From an uncultured Candidatus Saccharibacteria bacterium (GTDB lineage Bacteria; Patescibacteriota; Minisyncoccia; Phycocordibacterales; UBA12088): 64,000 bases of DNA. A model generated the notes under the pieces. It was not told the DNA's origin. It saw only the letters and a program-made list of their open reading frames with translations, and ran no database searches. Below, in pieces: positions 55,286-63,574 of this stretch. Both the position numbers and the translations under genes were made by a program. The stretch covers positions 138,813-202,812 of the forward strand of contig CAZMLK010000002.1 in NCBI GenBank assembly GCA_964567265.1, written 5' to 3'. The stretch's first letter is position 1. Each line of letters starts with the position of its first letter.

Positions 55286-55720
55286 ATGAAGGCTTCCCTC
55301 AACAACTACCGCCAGGCACCTCGCAAGGTCCGCCTCATCACCGATTCCGTCAAAGGGAAGCGCGTTGAGGTCGCACTTGTCGAACTGACCCATGCCCAGA
55401 AGAAGGGAGCCGACCAGATCAAGAAGCTCGTCGCCTCAGCCGTCGCGAACGCGAAGGTCCAGGACAGTGGCCTCAATGTCGCCGAGCTCGTCATCAAGAA
55501 CATCACCGTCGACCAGGGCGTCACTCTCCGCCGCTTCCGTCCGCGCGCCCGCGGACGCGCAGCGCCGATCAATCACGAATCCAGCCATGTCCGCGTGGTC
55601 CTGATGAAGGCAGCGGTCAAGGAAAAGGTCCGTGAGGTCTCTGGAAAGGAGGAGGCAGCAGCGCCAAAGGCAGCCAAGAAATCTGCCAAGATGGCTCCAA
55701 AGGCGGAGACCACCGAGTAA
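55286..55720 (+). CDS. rplV: 50S ribosomal protein L22 with C-terminal extension
   Basis: 144 aa; RQAPRKVRLITDSVKGK, RFRPRARGRA. Confidence 0.95.
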   Translation: MKASLNNYRQAPRKVRLITDSVKGKRVEVALVELTHAQKKGADQIKKLVASAVANAKVQDSGLNVAELVIKNITVDQGVTLRRFRPRARGRAAPINHESSHVRVVLMKAAVKEKVREVSGKEEAAAPKAAKKSAKMAPKAETTE

Positions 55721-55741
55721 TTTTCCTATACACCAGACACC

Positions 55742-56515
55742 ATGACACACATTGTCCATCCATATGCACACCGCCTCGGAATCCTTCGCGAATGGAAGTC
55801 GCGCTGGTTTGCCGGCAATCCGAAGATGTTCGCGGAATATTTGAAGTGCGACACCATGCTCCGTGAGTACCTCACGAAGCGCCTTCGTACCATGTACATT
55901 GGCGGACTCGAGTTCGAACGGAATGGTAATACGCTCCGCATCATCATCAAGACATCCCGCCCGGGCATGATCATCGGACGCTCAGGCGAGGGTGCAACCA
56001 AGCTGAAGAGCGACATCGAGAAGGTCCTCTCGAAGCTCAAGCTCTCTGAGAAGCCGGAGCTCAAGATCGACGTCGAGGAAATCCGCAATCCGGAGGCAAA
56101 TGCTGCCATCGTCGCCTACATGGTCGCTGAAGGACTCGAGAAGCGCCTCCCATTCCGCCGCGTGATGAAGCAGACCATGGAGAAGGTTATGGCGAGCCGT
56201 GATGTGCTCGGCTGCCGCATCGTTCTCTCTGGCCGCCTCGGCGGTGCTGAAATGGGTCGCCGCGAAGAGCTCAAGAAGGGACGCATTCCTCTTCAGACCC
56301 TGCGCGCGGACATCGACTTCAAGCGTGAGAAAGCCTACCTTCCGTACGGCGTCGTCGGCGCGAAGGTGTGGATCTACCGCGGCGATGTCTTTGATGCATC
56401 TTCGAAGGACACCCAGGCCCCAAGCAATGACCGCCGCCCGTCATCATCTGACCGCCGCGATTCAGCTCCTCGGAGCGACCGCCCGCGTTCAAGCGCCCCA
56501 GTAAAGCGCTCATAA
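55742..56515 (+). CDS. rpsC: 30S ribosomal protein S3 with Ser/Arg/Asp-rich C-terminal tail
   Basis: 257 aa; HIVHPYAHRLG, KH domain GMIIGRSGEG, GRLGGAEMGR. Confidence 0.96.
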   Translation: MTHIVHPYAHRLGILREWKSRWFAGNPKMFAEYLKCDTMLREYLTKRLRTMYIGGLEFERNGNTLRIIIKTSRPGMIIGRSGEGATKLKSDIEKVLSKLKLSEKPELKIDVEEIRNPEANAAIVAYMVAEGLEKRLPFRRVMKQTMEKVMASRDVLGCRIVLSGRLGGAEMGRREELKKGRIPLQTLRADIDFKREKAYLPYGVVGAKVWIYRGDVFDASSKDTQAPSNDRRPSSSDRRDSAPRSDRPRSSAPVKRS

Positions 56516-56522
56516 AAACACC

Positions 56523-56948
56523 ATGCTTTTCCCAAAGAAAGTAAAATTCAGGAAGTGGCAGCGCCAGCGGAAGAACCCGCTCAAGGATACTTCGGCGTCC
56601 CGCGGCACCAAGCTCGCATTCGGCTCGTTCGGCATGAAGGCGATCACCCCTGCGCGCATACGCTCGAATCAGATCGAGGCTGCTCGCAAGGTCCTCGCCC
56701 GCCACATGGGCAAGACCGGCCGCACCTGGATCCGTATCTTCCCGGACCGCCCATGGACCCAGAAGGCCGCGGAAGTGGGCATGGGCAAGGGAAAGGGTGA
56801 TGTGCAGGGCTTCGAGTTCGAAGTCTGGCCAGGACGCCTTCTCTTCGAAATCGATGGCGTGCCCGAGAAGGTCGCCATGGAAGCCCTCATATCGGCATCG
56901 TCGAAACTGCCGGTGAAGACAAAGATTGTGCGTAGAACCGAAGCATAG
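56523..56948 (+). CDS. rplP: 50S ribosomal protein L16
   Basis: 141 aa; MLFPKKVKFRKWQR, RMGKGKG. Confidence 0.96.
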   Translation: MLFPKKVKFRKWQRQRKNPLKDTSASRGTKLAFGSFGMKAITPARIRSNQIEAARKVLARHMGKTGRTWIRIFPDRPWTQKAAEVGMGKGKGDVQGFEFEVWPGRLLFEIDGVPEKVAMEALISASSKLPVKTKIVRRTEA

Positions 56949-56952
56949 TAGT

Positions 56953-57138
56953 ATGGCCGACACTCAGAACAAAACAGTCGAAGAGCTCCAGAAGCTCCTG
57001 GCAGAGAAGCGCGAAGGCCTTCGAAGCTTCCGCTTCGGGATTACCGGCTCAGGAACGAGGAACGTCAAGGACGGACGGAACTCGAAGCGGGACATCGCAC
57101 GCATCCTGACCGAGCTCCGGAAGCGCGAGCAGGCATAA
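56953..57138 (+). CDS. rpmC: 50S ribosomal protein L29
   Basis: Start at [28 protein letters not shown]. Confidence 0.9.
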   Translation: MADTQNKTVEELQKLLAEKREGLRSFRFGITGSGTRNVKDGRNSKRDIARILTELRKREQA

Positions 57139-57158
57139 GACGGAAGAAACCAAACACC

Positions 57159-57419
57159 ATGGCAACCAAAACCACAACAGAACAGGTAGAAAAGGCGGGC
57201 AAGCGCTTCAGTGGCGTTGTCGTGTCGACCAAGATGAAGGACACGGTTGTGGTGTCTGTGGAGCGCTACGTGAAGCACCCGAAGTACCAGAAGTACATCA
57301 AGCGCGCGAAGAAGCTCCATGCGCATGATCCAGGGAACACCAAGGCGCTTGGCGACAAGGTGACCATCAAGGAGACTCGCCCGATTTCGAAGACGAAGAA
57401 TTTCATCGTCGTAAACTAA
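57159..57419 (+). CDS. rpsQ: 30S ribosomal protein S17
   Basis: 86 aa; [29 protein letters not shown]. Confidence 0.95.
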   Translation: MATKTTTEQVEKAGKRFSGVVVSTKMKDTVVVSVERYVKHPKYQKYIKRAKKLHAHDPGNTKALGDKVTIKETRPISKTKNFIVVN

Positions 57420-57420
57420 T

Positions 57421-57792
57421 ATGATCCAGCCACAATCACTCGTGAAGATCGCAGATAACTCCGGCGCCAAGATCGGACGCGTCTTCAAGATTCTTGGCGG
57501 CTCGAAGAAGCGCTACGCGGAGATCGGCGAGATCGTGGTCTTTTCAGTACAGACGGCAGAGCCGCGCAAGATGGTCAAGAAGAAGGACATCCTTTATGGC
57601 CTCGTCGTCCGCCAGACCAAGCCGCTTCGCCGAAAGGATGGCTCGTACATTCGCTTCGACGAGAATGCGGTCGTCGTGATGGAAAAGGGAAAGCCAGAGC
57701 CACGCGCAGGACGCATTTTCGGCCCGATCCCACGCGAGATCGCAGAACTCGGCTACCAGACCATCGTGTCTCGGGCCCCGGAAATCGTGTAG
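57421..57792 (+). CDS. rplN: 50S ribosomal protein L14
   Basis: 123 aa; MIQPQSLVKIADNSGAK. Confidence 0.97.
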   Translation: MIQPQSLVKIADNSGAKIGRVFKILGGSKKRYAEIGEIVVFSVQTAEPRKMVKKKDILYGLVVRQTKPLRRKDGSYIRFDENAVVVMEKGKPEPRAGRIFGPIPREIAELGYQTIVSRAPEIV

Positions 57793-57808
57793 TCGATTCT
57801 ATAAATAT

Positions 57809-58117
57809 ATGAAGATCAAGAAAGGCGACAAAGTAATCGTTTCAACCGGCAAGGACAAGGGCAAGACAGGCTCTGTGCTCAAGGTCTTTCCTCGTGAGGA
57901 TCTCGTCCTCGTTGAAGGGGTGAATATTCGCAAGCGCCATCAGAAGGGCACCCGCACCGGACAGAAGGGCCAGATCGTCGAGAAGGCGATGCCGATCCAC
58001 ATTTCAAACGTGATGGTGAAGGACGACAAGACCGGCAAGGGAACCCGCGTCCAGTACAAGATGGAAGGAGACAAGAAAATCCGCGTCGCTCAGAAGAGCG
58101 CTGCTAAGATCGGCTAA
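57809..58117 (+). CDS. rplX: 50S ribosomal protein L24
   Basis: 102 aa; KIKKGDKVIVSTGKDKGKTG KOW motif. Confidence 0.95.
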   Translation: MKIKKGDKVIVSTGKDKGKTGSVLKVFPREDLVLVEGVNIRKRHQKGTRTGQKGQIVEKAMPIHISNVMVKDDKTGKGTRVQYKMEGDKKIRVAQKSAAKIG

Positions 58118-58126
58118 TCTACCACT

Positions 58127-58660
58127 ATGGAAATGGTTCAGGAAAAACAGAATAGCGCCTTCGCAACCCTCAAGGGAGATTTCGGATACACGAACAAGAT
58201 GCAGTCACCGAAGCTCGTGAAGGTGGTCATCTCGGTCGGAACCGGCTCAAACAAGGATAAGGAGAAGATCAAGGTCATCGAGAACCGCCTGCCGAAGATT
58301 ACAGGCCAGAAGGCTGCACAGCGGACGGCGAAGAAGGCTATCGCCTCATTCAAGACACGCACCGGCATGGTGATCGGCTACCAGGTGACGCTCCGCGGCC
58401 AGCGCATGATGGACTTCCTCAACAAGCTCATCCACGTCGCCCTCCCGCGTACGCGCGACTTCCGCGGCCTCTCCGCAAAGTCTATCGATGACATGGGCAA
58501 CTACACCCTCGGCATCAAGGAGAACACCATTTTCCCAGAGACATCGGACGAAGACTTGAAGGATGTGTTTGGTCTCGCGATCACGATTGTGACGACTGCG
58601 AAGTCGAAGCCGGAAGCAGAAGCCTTCCTCCGCCACATCGGCATGCCGCTTCAGAAATAG
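58127..58660 (+). CDS. rplE: 50S ribosomal protein L5
   Basis: 177 aa; YTNKMQSPKLVKVVISVG, ALPRTRDFRG. Confidence 0.96.
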   Translation: MEMVQEKQNSAFATLKGDFGYTNKMQSPKLVKVVISVGTGSNKDKEKIKVIENRLPKITGQKAAQRTAKKAIASFKTRTGMVIGYQVTLRGQRMMDFLNKLIHVALPRTRDFRGLSAKSIDDMGNYTLGIKENTIFPETSDEDLKDVFGLAITIVTTAKSKPEAEAFLRHIGMPLQK

Positions 58661-58679
58661 ACCCAGAAATTTTAAAGAA

Positions 58680-58720
58680 ACAAAAGGCCCCCGGCGCTTC
58701 GCGCCGGGGGCCTTTTGTTT
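58680..58720 (+). terminator. Intrinsic terminator after rplE
   Basis: ACAAAAGGCCCCCGGCGC-TTC-GCGCCGGGGGCCTTTTGT plus TT, fused to a TTGACA box. Confidence 0.75.
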
Positions 58721-58747
58721 GACAAGCCGCCAAATCATCAGTACCAT
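58719..58747 (+). promoter_or_regulatory. Candidate promoter of small basic ORF
   Basis: TTGACA, 17-nt spacer, TACCAT. Confidence 0.4.
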
Positions 58748-58803
58748 CGATTTTTGGAACGATAGCCGGGCAATTCCGCCCCTATCCATCCGGAGAGTTT
58801 CAG

Positions 58804-58986
58804 ATGCCGACCAAGGGTTCGCCGATGAAGCGGTTCCGTCCGAATCGGGGCCAGCAAACACCAGGACAGCGTGCTTCAGCGCTCCGAAAACTGCGGCAAC
58901 GAGGGCACAAAGTAGCAACCCGGACCATCGAGGACGCGAGACGCGCGGCATATGGCGCTCGAAAGGCAAATTTGACTGCCGACTGA
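58804..58986 (+). CDS. Candidate 60-aa highly basic protein inserted between rplE and rpsN
   Basis: MPTKGSPMKRFRPNRGQQTPGQRASALRKLRQRGHK...; GGAGAG 8 nt upstream of ATG; own promoter and terminator; overlapping alternative frames exist. Confidence 0.35.
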   Translation: MPTKGSPMKRFRPNRGQQTPGQRASALRKLRQRGHKVATRTIEDARRAAYGARKANLTAD

Positions 58987-59012
58987 TCATTCACGCTAGG
59001 AGCTGGTAACGT

Positions 59013-59049
59013 ACACCGGCCGAGGTTCCCTCGGCCGGTGTTTGCTTTT
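59013..59049 (+). terminator. Intrinsic terminator
   Basis: ACACCGGCCGAGG-TTC-CCTCGGCCGGTGT plus TTGCTTTT. Confidence 0.7.
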
Positions 59050-59075
59050 GACAATGGCTGAGAAGGTCGTACTAT
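59048..59075 (+). promoter_or_regulatory. Candidate promoter of 59109 ORF
   Basis: TTGACA, 16-nt spacer, TACTAT. Confidence 0.45.
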
Positions 59076-59108
59076 CGTCAGTAGTGTGCTCTGTGCGGAG
59101 GGGATGAG

Positions 59109-59516
59109 ATGACACAGGTAAGCATGTTCGGGTTGCCGACGCTCGCAGTCGAGATCGTGGGTGACCATGTCCACAGCCTTACGCACTACTTGTTCGAGAC
59201 GAGTCGGATGGTCGGGGAGGATGGGGCCGTTTCCCATTACGCAGCAGTCGTGTACGCCAGGCTTCCGTTCGGATTAGATGCGGTGTATCGGAATGAGGGA
59301 GCTGCCAGCGTTCCAACCAGCAGGCTGATCGAATCCGGCTCCCGTGACCCCATTTTGGCGGCGGTACCAGGGCTTTTCAAGTATCAGGCCGATACGAAAG
59401 CATCCTGGGACGCATTTCTCCGGGAAAAGCTCCTGCCGTATGTGCCTGCCGGCAGAATTCTAGTCCTTTGGATCAGTGAAGACGGCGCCACTGAGACCTC
59501 GTTTGTCGTATCGTAG
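59109..59516 (+). CDS. Hypothetical protein inserted between rplE and rpsN
   Basis: 135 aa, soluble, no motif; GGAGGGG upstream of ATG; own promoter and terminator. Confidence 0.45.
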   Translation: MTQVSMFGLPTLAVEIVGDHVHSLTHYLFETSRMVGEDGAVSHYAAVVYARLPFGLDAVYRNEGAASVPTSRLIESGSRDPILAAVPGLFKYQADTKASWDAFLREKLLPYVPAGRILVLWISEDGATETSFVVS

Positions 59517-59533
59517 CCGCCCCTTGAGACTAC

Positions 59534-59570
59534 GCCGCCGGCCAGGTTTCCTGGCCGGCGGCTCTCTTTT
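59534..59570 (+). terminator. Intrinsic terminator
   Basis: GCCGCCGGCCAGG-TTTC-CTGGCCGGCGGC plus TCTCTTTT. Confidence 0.7.
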
Positions 59571-59580
59571 CCGCCTTTGT

Positions 59581-59609
59581 TTGACAATGTATATTCAGGC
59601 TGTTAGTAT
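59581..59609 (+). promoter_or_regulatory. Candidate promoter restarting the spc-operon remainder at rpsN
   Basis: TTGACA, 17-nt spacer, TAGTAT. Confidence 0.5.
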
Positions 59610-59666
59610 AGCCGGAAGCTCGTTTAGGGCTTTCTTTTTTAGTTAGGCCTCGAAGAAGCACGCCAC

Positions 59667-59852
59667 ATGGCAAAGACATCAGTAAAGGTCCGGGCAGCCC
59701 GGACACCGAAGTTCGCAAGCCGCGTCGTACGACGCTGTTTCCGTTGTGGCCGCAAGCATGCGTTCATGCGCGATTTCGGACTTTGCCGCATCTGCTTCCG
59801 CGAACAGGCTAACGAAGGAAATATCCCAGGAATCAAGAAATCATCATGGTAA
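59667..59852 (+). CDS. rpsN: 30S ribosomal protein S14, short zinc-ribbon type (S14Z)
   Basis: 61 aa; [20 protein letters not shown]. Confidence 0.95.
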   Translation: MAKTSVKVRAARTPKFASRVVRRCFRCGRKHAFMRDFGLCRICFREQANEGNIPGIKKSSW

Positions 59853-60241
59853 CCGACCCGGTAGCAGACCTGATCACGCAGATCAACAATGCGAGCCGCG
59901 CCAAGAAGGCGCTGGTGTCGGTTCCGTACTCTGCCCTCAAGTTCGCGATCGCGCTCAAGCTCGTCGAGACAGGGTACGTGAAGACTGCCGTGAAGCACGG
60001 CAAGAAGGCGCGCAAGAATCTCGACATCGAGCTCAGCTACGATGCTGCAGGTGTTCCTCGCATCGAAAAGATGATTCGCGTCTCGAAGCCAGGAAAGCGC
60101 GCATACAAGAAGGTCGCTGACATGCAGCCGGTCAAGGGTGGTATGGGGTCTCTTTTCCTCACCACGCCGAAAGGAATCCTCACGAATGACGAAGCCCGCA
60201 AGGAAAAAGTCGGCGGCGAAGCCCTCTTCACTGTTTGGTAA
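59846..60241 (+). CDS. rpsH: 30S ribosomal protein S8
   Basis: 131 aa; [13 protein letters not shown]; start overlaps rpsN stop (ATGGTAA). Confidence 0.96.
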   Translation: MVTDPVADLITQINNASRAKKALVSVPYSALKFAIALKLVETGYVKTAVKHGKKARKNLDIELSYDAAGVPRIEKMIRVSKPGKRAYKKVADMQPVKGGMGSLFLTTPKGILTNDEARKEKVGGEALFTVW

Positions 60242-60247
60242 AAACAT

Positions 60248-60793
60248 ATGAGCCGCGTAGGAAAACAACACATCCAAATCCCAGCACAGACAACCGTGAC
60301 CCTCGCGGACGGCGTGCTTTCGGTGAAGGGTCCACTGGGCGCGCTCTCGAAGCCGGTCAAGGATACGATCGTCATCACCATTGCTGAGAAGGAAGTCACC
60401 TTCATGCCGAAGGGCGGAGAAGAAGCAAAGAAGGCAGACCGCTCCCTCTGGGGCACCTACGCCTCGCACCTCGACAACATGATCGAGGGTGTCACGAAGG
60501 GATTCTCGAAGAAGCTCATCCTCGAAGGCATCGGCTACCGCGCCGAAGTGCAGGGCAGCACCATGGTGTTCGCGCTCGGCCTCTCGCATCCGGTCCGCCT
60601 CCCGATCCCGGAAGGCATCAAGGTCCTCGTCGAGAAGACGGCGATCACGATCTCAGGAATCAACAAGGAGCAGGTCGGCCAGTTCGCCGCGACCGTCCGC
60701 GACCTGAAGCCGCCAGAGCCGTACAAGGGCAAGGGCATGCGCTATGACGGAGAAATCATCCGCCGCAAGCAGGGCAAGAAGTCCACCGCATAG
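60248..60793 (+). CDS. rplF: 50S ribosomal protein L6
   Basis: 181 aa; MSRVGKQHIQIP, PEPYKGKGMRY. Confidence 0.96.
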   Translation: MSRVGKQHIQIPAQTTVTLADGVLSVKGPLGALSKPVKDTIVITIAEKEVTFMPKGGEEAKKADRSLWGTYASHLDNMIEGVTKGFSKKLILEGIGYRAEVQGSTMVFALGLSHPVRLPIPEGIKVLVEKTAITISGINKEQVGQFAATVRDLKPPEPYKGKGMRYDGEIIRRKQGKKSTA

Positions 60794-60827
60794 GCAACAC
60801 CTCCAACGCGTTTCAAACCAACCGACC

Positions 60828-61181
60828 ATGAACCACAAAGCAACGACAAAGAAAGAGAAGCGAGACATGCGCCACAACCGCATCCGGGCGCGTGTGTCTG
60901 GTACGGCTGACAAGCCGCGCCTCGCGCTCTACAAGTCGAACAAGGCGGTATACGTCCAGCTTATCGACGACACGGTCGGCAAGACCATCGCGGCGGCTTC
61001 AAGCATGAACGAGAAGAAGGGTACGATGACCGAGAAGGGAACCGCAGTCGGCGTCGCGATCGCGAAGGCTGCTGCTGAAAAGAAAATCACCACCGCAGTA
61101 TTCGATCGCGGCGGCTTCCTCTATACGGGAGTCGTAAAGGCGGTCGCTGACGGCGCGCGCGCCGGCGGACTCAACTTTTAA
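60828..61181 (+). CDS. rplR: 50S ribosomal protein L18
   Basis: Start at MNHKATTKKEKRDMRHNRIRARVSG; FDRGGFLYTGVVKAVADGAR. Confidence 0.93.
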   Translation: MNHKATTKKEKRDMRHNRIRARVSGTADKPRLALYKSNKAVYVQLIDDTVGKTIAAASSMNEKKGTMTEKGTAVGVAIAKAAAEKKITTAVFDRGGFLYTGVVKAVADGARAGGLNF

Positions 61182-61184
61182 TAT

Positions 61185-61817
61185 ATGGCAGAGGAACCCA
61201 TGACAACAGAAGACACACTCGTGACCCCGACAGAAACGGATGCGGTTCCGGCCGTGGACGGTGTTGCCGATGAAGTTGCCGCTCCTGAGGCTGCTCCCGC
61301 AGAAGCTGTACGCGCACCACGCGCTGCATTTTCGAAGAACCGCCGCGAGCCGAGCCGCTCACGCCGCACTCCGCGCGAGCGCGTCCGTCCTGAATTCGAT
61401 CAGAAGATGATCTCGATCCGTCGCGTTGCCCGAGTGGTCGCCGGAGGCCGCCGCTTCAGCTTCTCCGTCGCGCTCGTCGCGGGAGATCGCCGCGGACGCG
61501 TCGGTGTCGGACTCGGGAAGGCGGGCGATACGTCGCTCGCGATCGAGAAGGCGCTTCGCGCCGCAAAGAAGGCGATGATCACTGTTTCTCTCACTGAAAA
61601 CAAGTCTATTCCGCATGATGTCGACGCCAAGTATGCGAGCGCGCGCATCATGATGCGCCCGGCTCCAGGTCGCGGTCTCGTCGCCGGCAGTGCCGCTCGT
61701 ACGGTCCTTGAACTCGCAGGCATCACCGATGTCTCCGCAAAGATCCTCTCCGGCAGCAAGAACCGCCTCTCGAATGCGATGGTTGCGATCGAAGCGCTTA
61801 AGAAATTCAGCGCGTAA
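61185..61817 (+). CDS. rpsE: 30S ribosomal protein S5 with acidic/Ala-rich N-terminal extension
   Basis: 210 aa; VARVVAGGRRFSFSVALVAGD, GVGLGKAGD; about 60 extra N-terminal residues. Confidence 0.95.
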   Translation: MAEEPMTTEDTLVTPTETDAVPAVDGVADEVAAPEAAPAEAVRAPRAAFSKNRREPSRSRRTPRERVRPEFDQKMISIRRVARVVAGGRRFSFSVALVAGDRRGRVGVGLGKAGDTSLAIEKALRAAKKAMITVSLTENKSIPHDVDAKYASARIMMRPAPGRGLVAGSAARTVLELAGITDVSAKILSGSKNRLSNAMVAIEALKKFSA

Positions 61818-61826
61818 CCTACTATC

Positions 61827-62276
61827 ATGCAAAGCAACACACTCAAGCGTCATACACCGAACGAGGGATCGCGCCGCGTTGGACGTGGCGGCAAGCGCGG
61901 AAAGACCTCGGGTCGCGGCGGCAAGGGCCAGACCGCGCGCGCAGGCTCACGCCTCCGCCCGGAAATGCGAGATACGATCAAGCGCCTTCCGAAGCTCCGC
62001 GGTCACGGCAAGAACCGTTCGCACACCGTGAAGAGCGAGATGGCGCGCATCGTCCCGGTGAATCTCCGCGTGCTTGAGACCCATGTCTCAGTCGGCGACA
62101 CCGTGAACCCGGCATACCTCGTCCAGAAGGGTATCGTGAATGCAGCCCGCGGCCGCGCGCCGAAGGTGAAGATCCTCGGTGTCGGCGAGCTCACGAAGAA
62201 GATCACGATCTCCGGATGCGCAGTCTCCGAGTCCGCGAAGGCGGCAGTCGAGAAGGCAGGCGGTACGGTACTCTAG
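61827..62276 (+). CDS. rplO: 50S ribosomal protein L15
   Basis: 149 aa; GRGGKRGKTSGRGGKGQTAR; only 9 nt after rpsE, so no L30 gene. Confidence 0.95.
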   Translation: MQSNTLKRHTPNEGSRRVGRGGKRGKTSGRGGKGQTARAGSRLRPEMRDTIKRLPKLRGHGKNRSHTVKSEMARIVPVNLRVLETHVSVGDTVNPAYLVQKGIVNAARGRAPKVKILGVGELTKKITISGCAVSESAKAAVEKAGGTVL

Positions 62277-62298
62277 ACCAACACTCCCCAGAAACCCC

Positions 62299-63570
62299 AT
62301 GTCGGTTTTCATACAGAAACTCAAACTCATTTTCTCAGACCGGGTGCTCCGCTCCCGGGTTCTGTTCGTGGTCGCGATGCTCGGCCTTTTCCGCCTCTTG
62401 GCAGCCATCCCAGTTCCAGGCATTGATGCGGCGCAGCTGAAGGCCCTCCTCGAAGGCAACCAGTTCCTCGGCCTCCTCAATATTTTCTCGGGAGGCGGCC
62501 TTTCGACCCTCTCGATCATGATGCTCGGCGTCTCGCCGTACATCACCGCGTCGATCATCATGCAGCTCTCGACCATCATGGTCCCGCAGCTCAAATCGAT
62601 GTACCAGGAAGAAGGGGAAGCGGGCCGCGCGCGCTTTGCGCAGTACACACGCCTCCTCTCGGTCCCGATGGCGCTCCTCCAGGGCTTCGGCTATGCGGTC
62701 CTGCTTTCACGCCAGGGCGTCCTCGTCGGGCTTGATACCTTCGGCTTCGCGACGGTCATCATCGTCATGACTGCCGCTTCCGTCCTCCTCATGTGGATCG
62801 GCGAGCTGATCACTGAATTCGGCATCGGCAACGGCGTTTCCCTCATCATCTTCGCCGGTATCGTCGCGCACCTCCCGACCGTGGCTGGCCAGGCGCTCTT
62901 CAGCTTCGATGTCTCCCAGATACCGCTCTACATCGGCTTCCTCGTCGCCGCACTCCTTGTCGTGACTGCAGTCGTTGTCATTACCGAAGCAGAACGCCCG
63001 ATCCCGATCACCTACGCGAAGAGCGTCCGCGGCGCAAAGAGCTTCGGCGGCTCCTCGACGTACCTGCCGCTCCGCGTGAACCAGGCCGGCGTGATCCCGA
63101 TTATCTTCGCGCTCTCGATCCTCCTCTTCCCGCAGATGATCCTCAACCTCGCGATTCGATTCATGACCGGCCCCGCTGCGGGGTACGCCACGGAGGCGCT
63201 CCAGTTCCTCTCGAATCAGTACGTCTACGGCATCCTCTACTTCATCCTCGTCTTCTTCTTCACGTACTTCTACACCGCCGTCACCTTTGATCCGGATTCC
63301 ATCGCCAAGAACCTCCAGCAGACGGGCGCGTTTGTGCCGGGTGTCCGCCCAGGTGCTCCGACGTCCGAATACATTGCCAACATCCTGACCCGCATCACGC
63401 TCGTCGGCGCGGTCTTCCTCGGACTCATCGCGATCCTCCCGCTCGTCATGCAGGCCATCACCGGCCTCCAGTCGCTCGCTATCGGCGGCACGGCGCTCTT
63501 GATCGCGGTCTCCGTGATCCTCGACCTCGTTCGAAAGATTGACGCGCAAATCTCAATGCGCGAGTATTAG
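62299..63570 (+). CDS. secY: Preprotein translocase subunit SecY
   Basis: Start at MSVFIQKLKLIF; 10 TM pattern; GVSPYITASII, GELITEFGIGNG. Confidence 0.95.
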   Translation: MSVFIQKLKLIFSDRVLRSRVLFVVAMLGLFRLLAAIPVPGIDAAQLKALLEGNQFLGLLNIFSGGGLSTLSIMMLGVSPYITASIIMQLSTIMVPQLKSMYQEEGEAGRARFAQYTRLLSVPMALLQGFGYAVLLSRQGVLVGLDTFGFATVIIVMTAASVLLMWIGELITEFGIGNGVSLIIFAGIVAHLPTVAGQALFSFDVSQIPLYIGFLVAALLVVTAVVVITEAERPIPITYAKSVRGAKSFGGSSTYLPLRVNQAGVIPIIFALSILLFPQMILNLAIRFMTGPAAGYATEALQFLSNQYVYGILYFILVFFFTYFYTAVTFDPDSIAKNLQQTGAFVPGVRPGAPTSEYIANILTRITLVGAVFLGLIAILPLVMQAITGLQSLAIGGTALLIAVSVILDLVRKIDAQISMREY

Positions 63571-63574
63571 AAGA

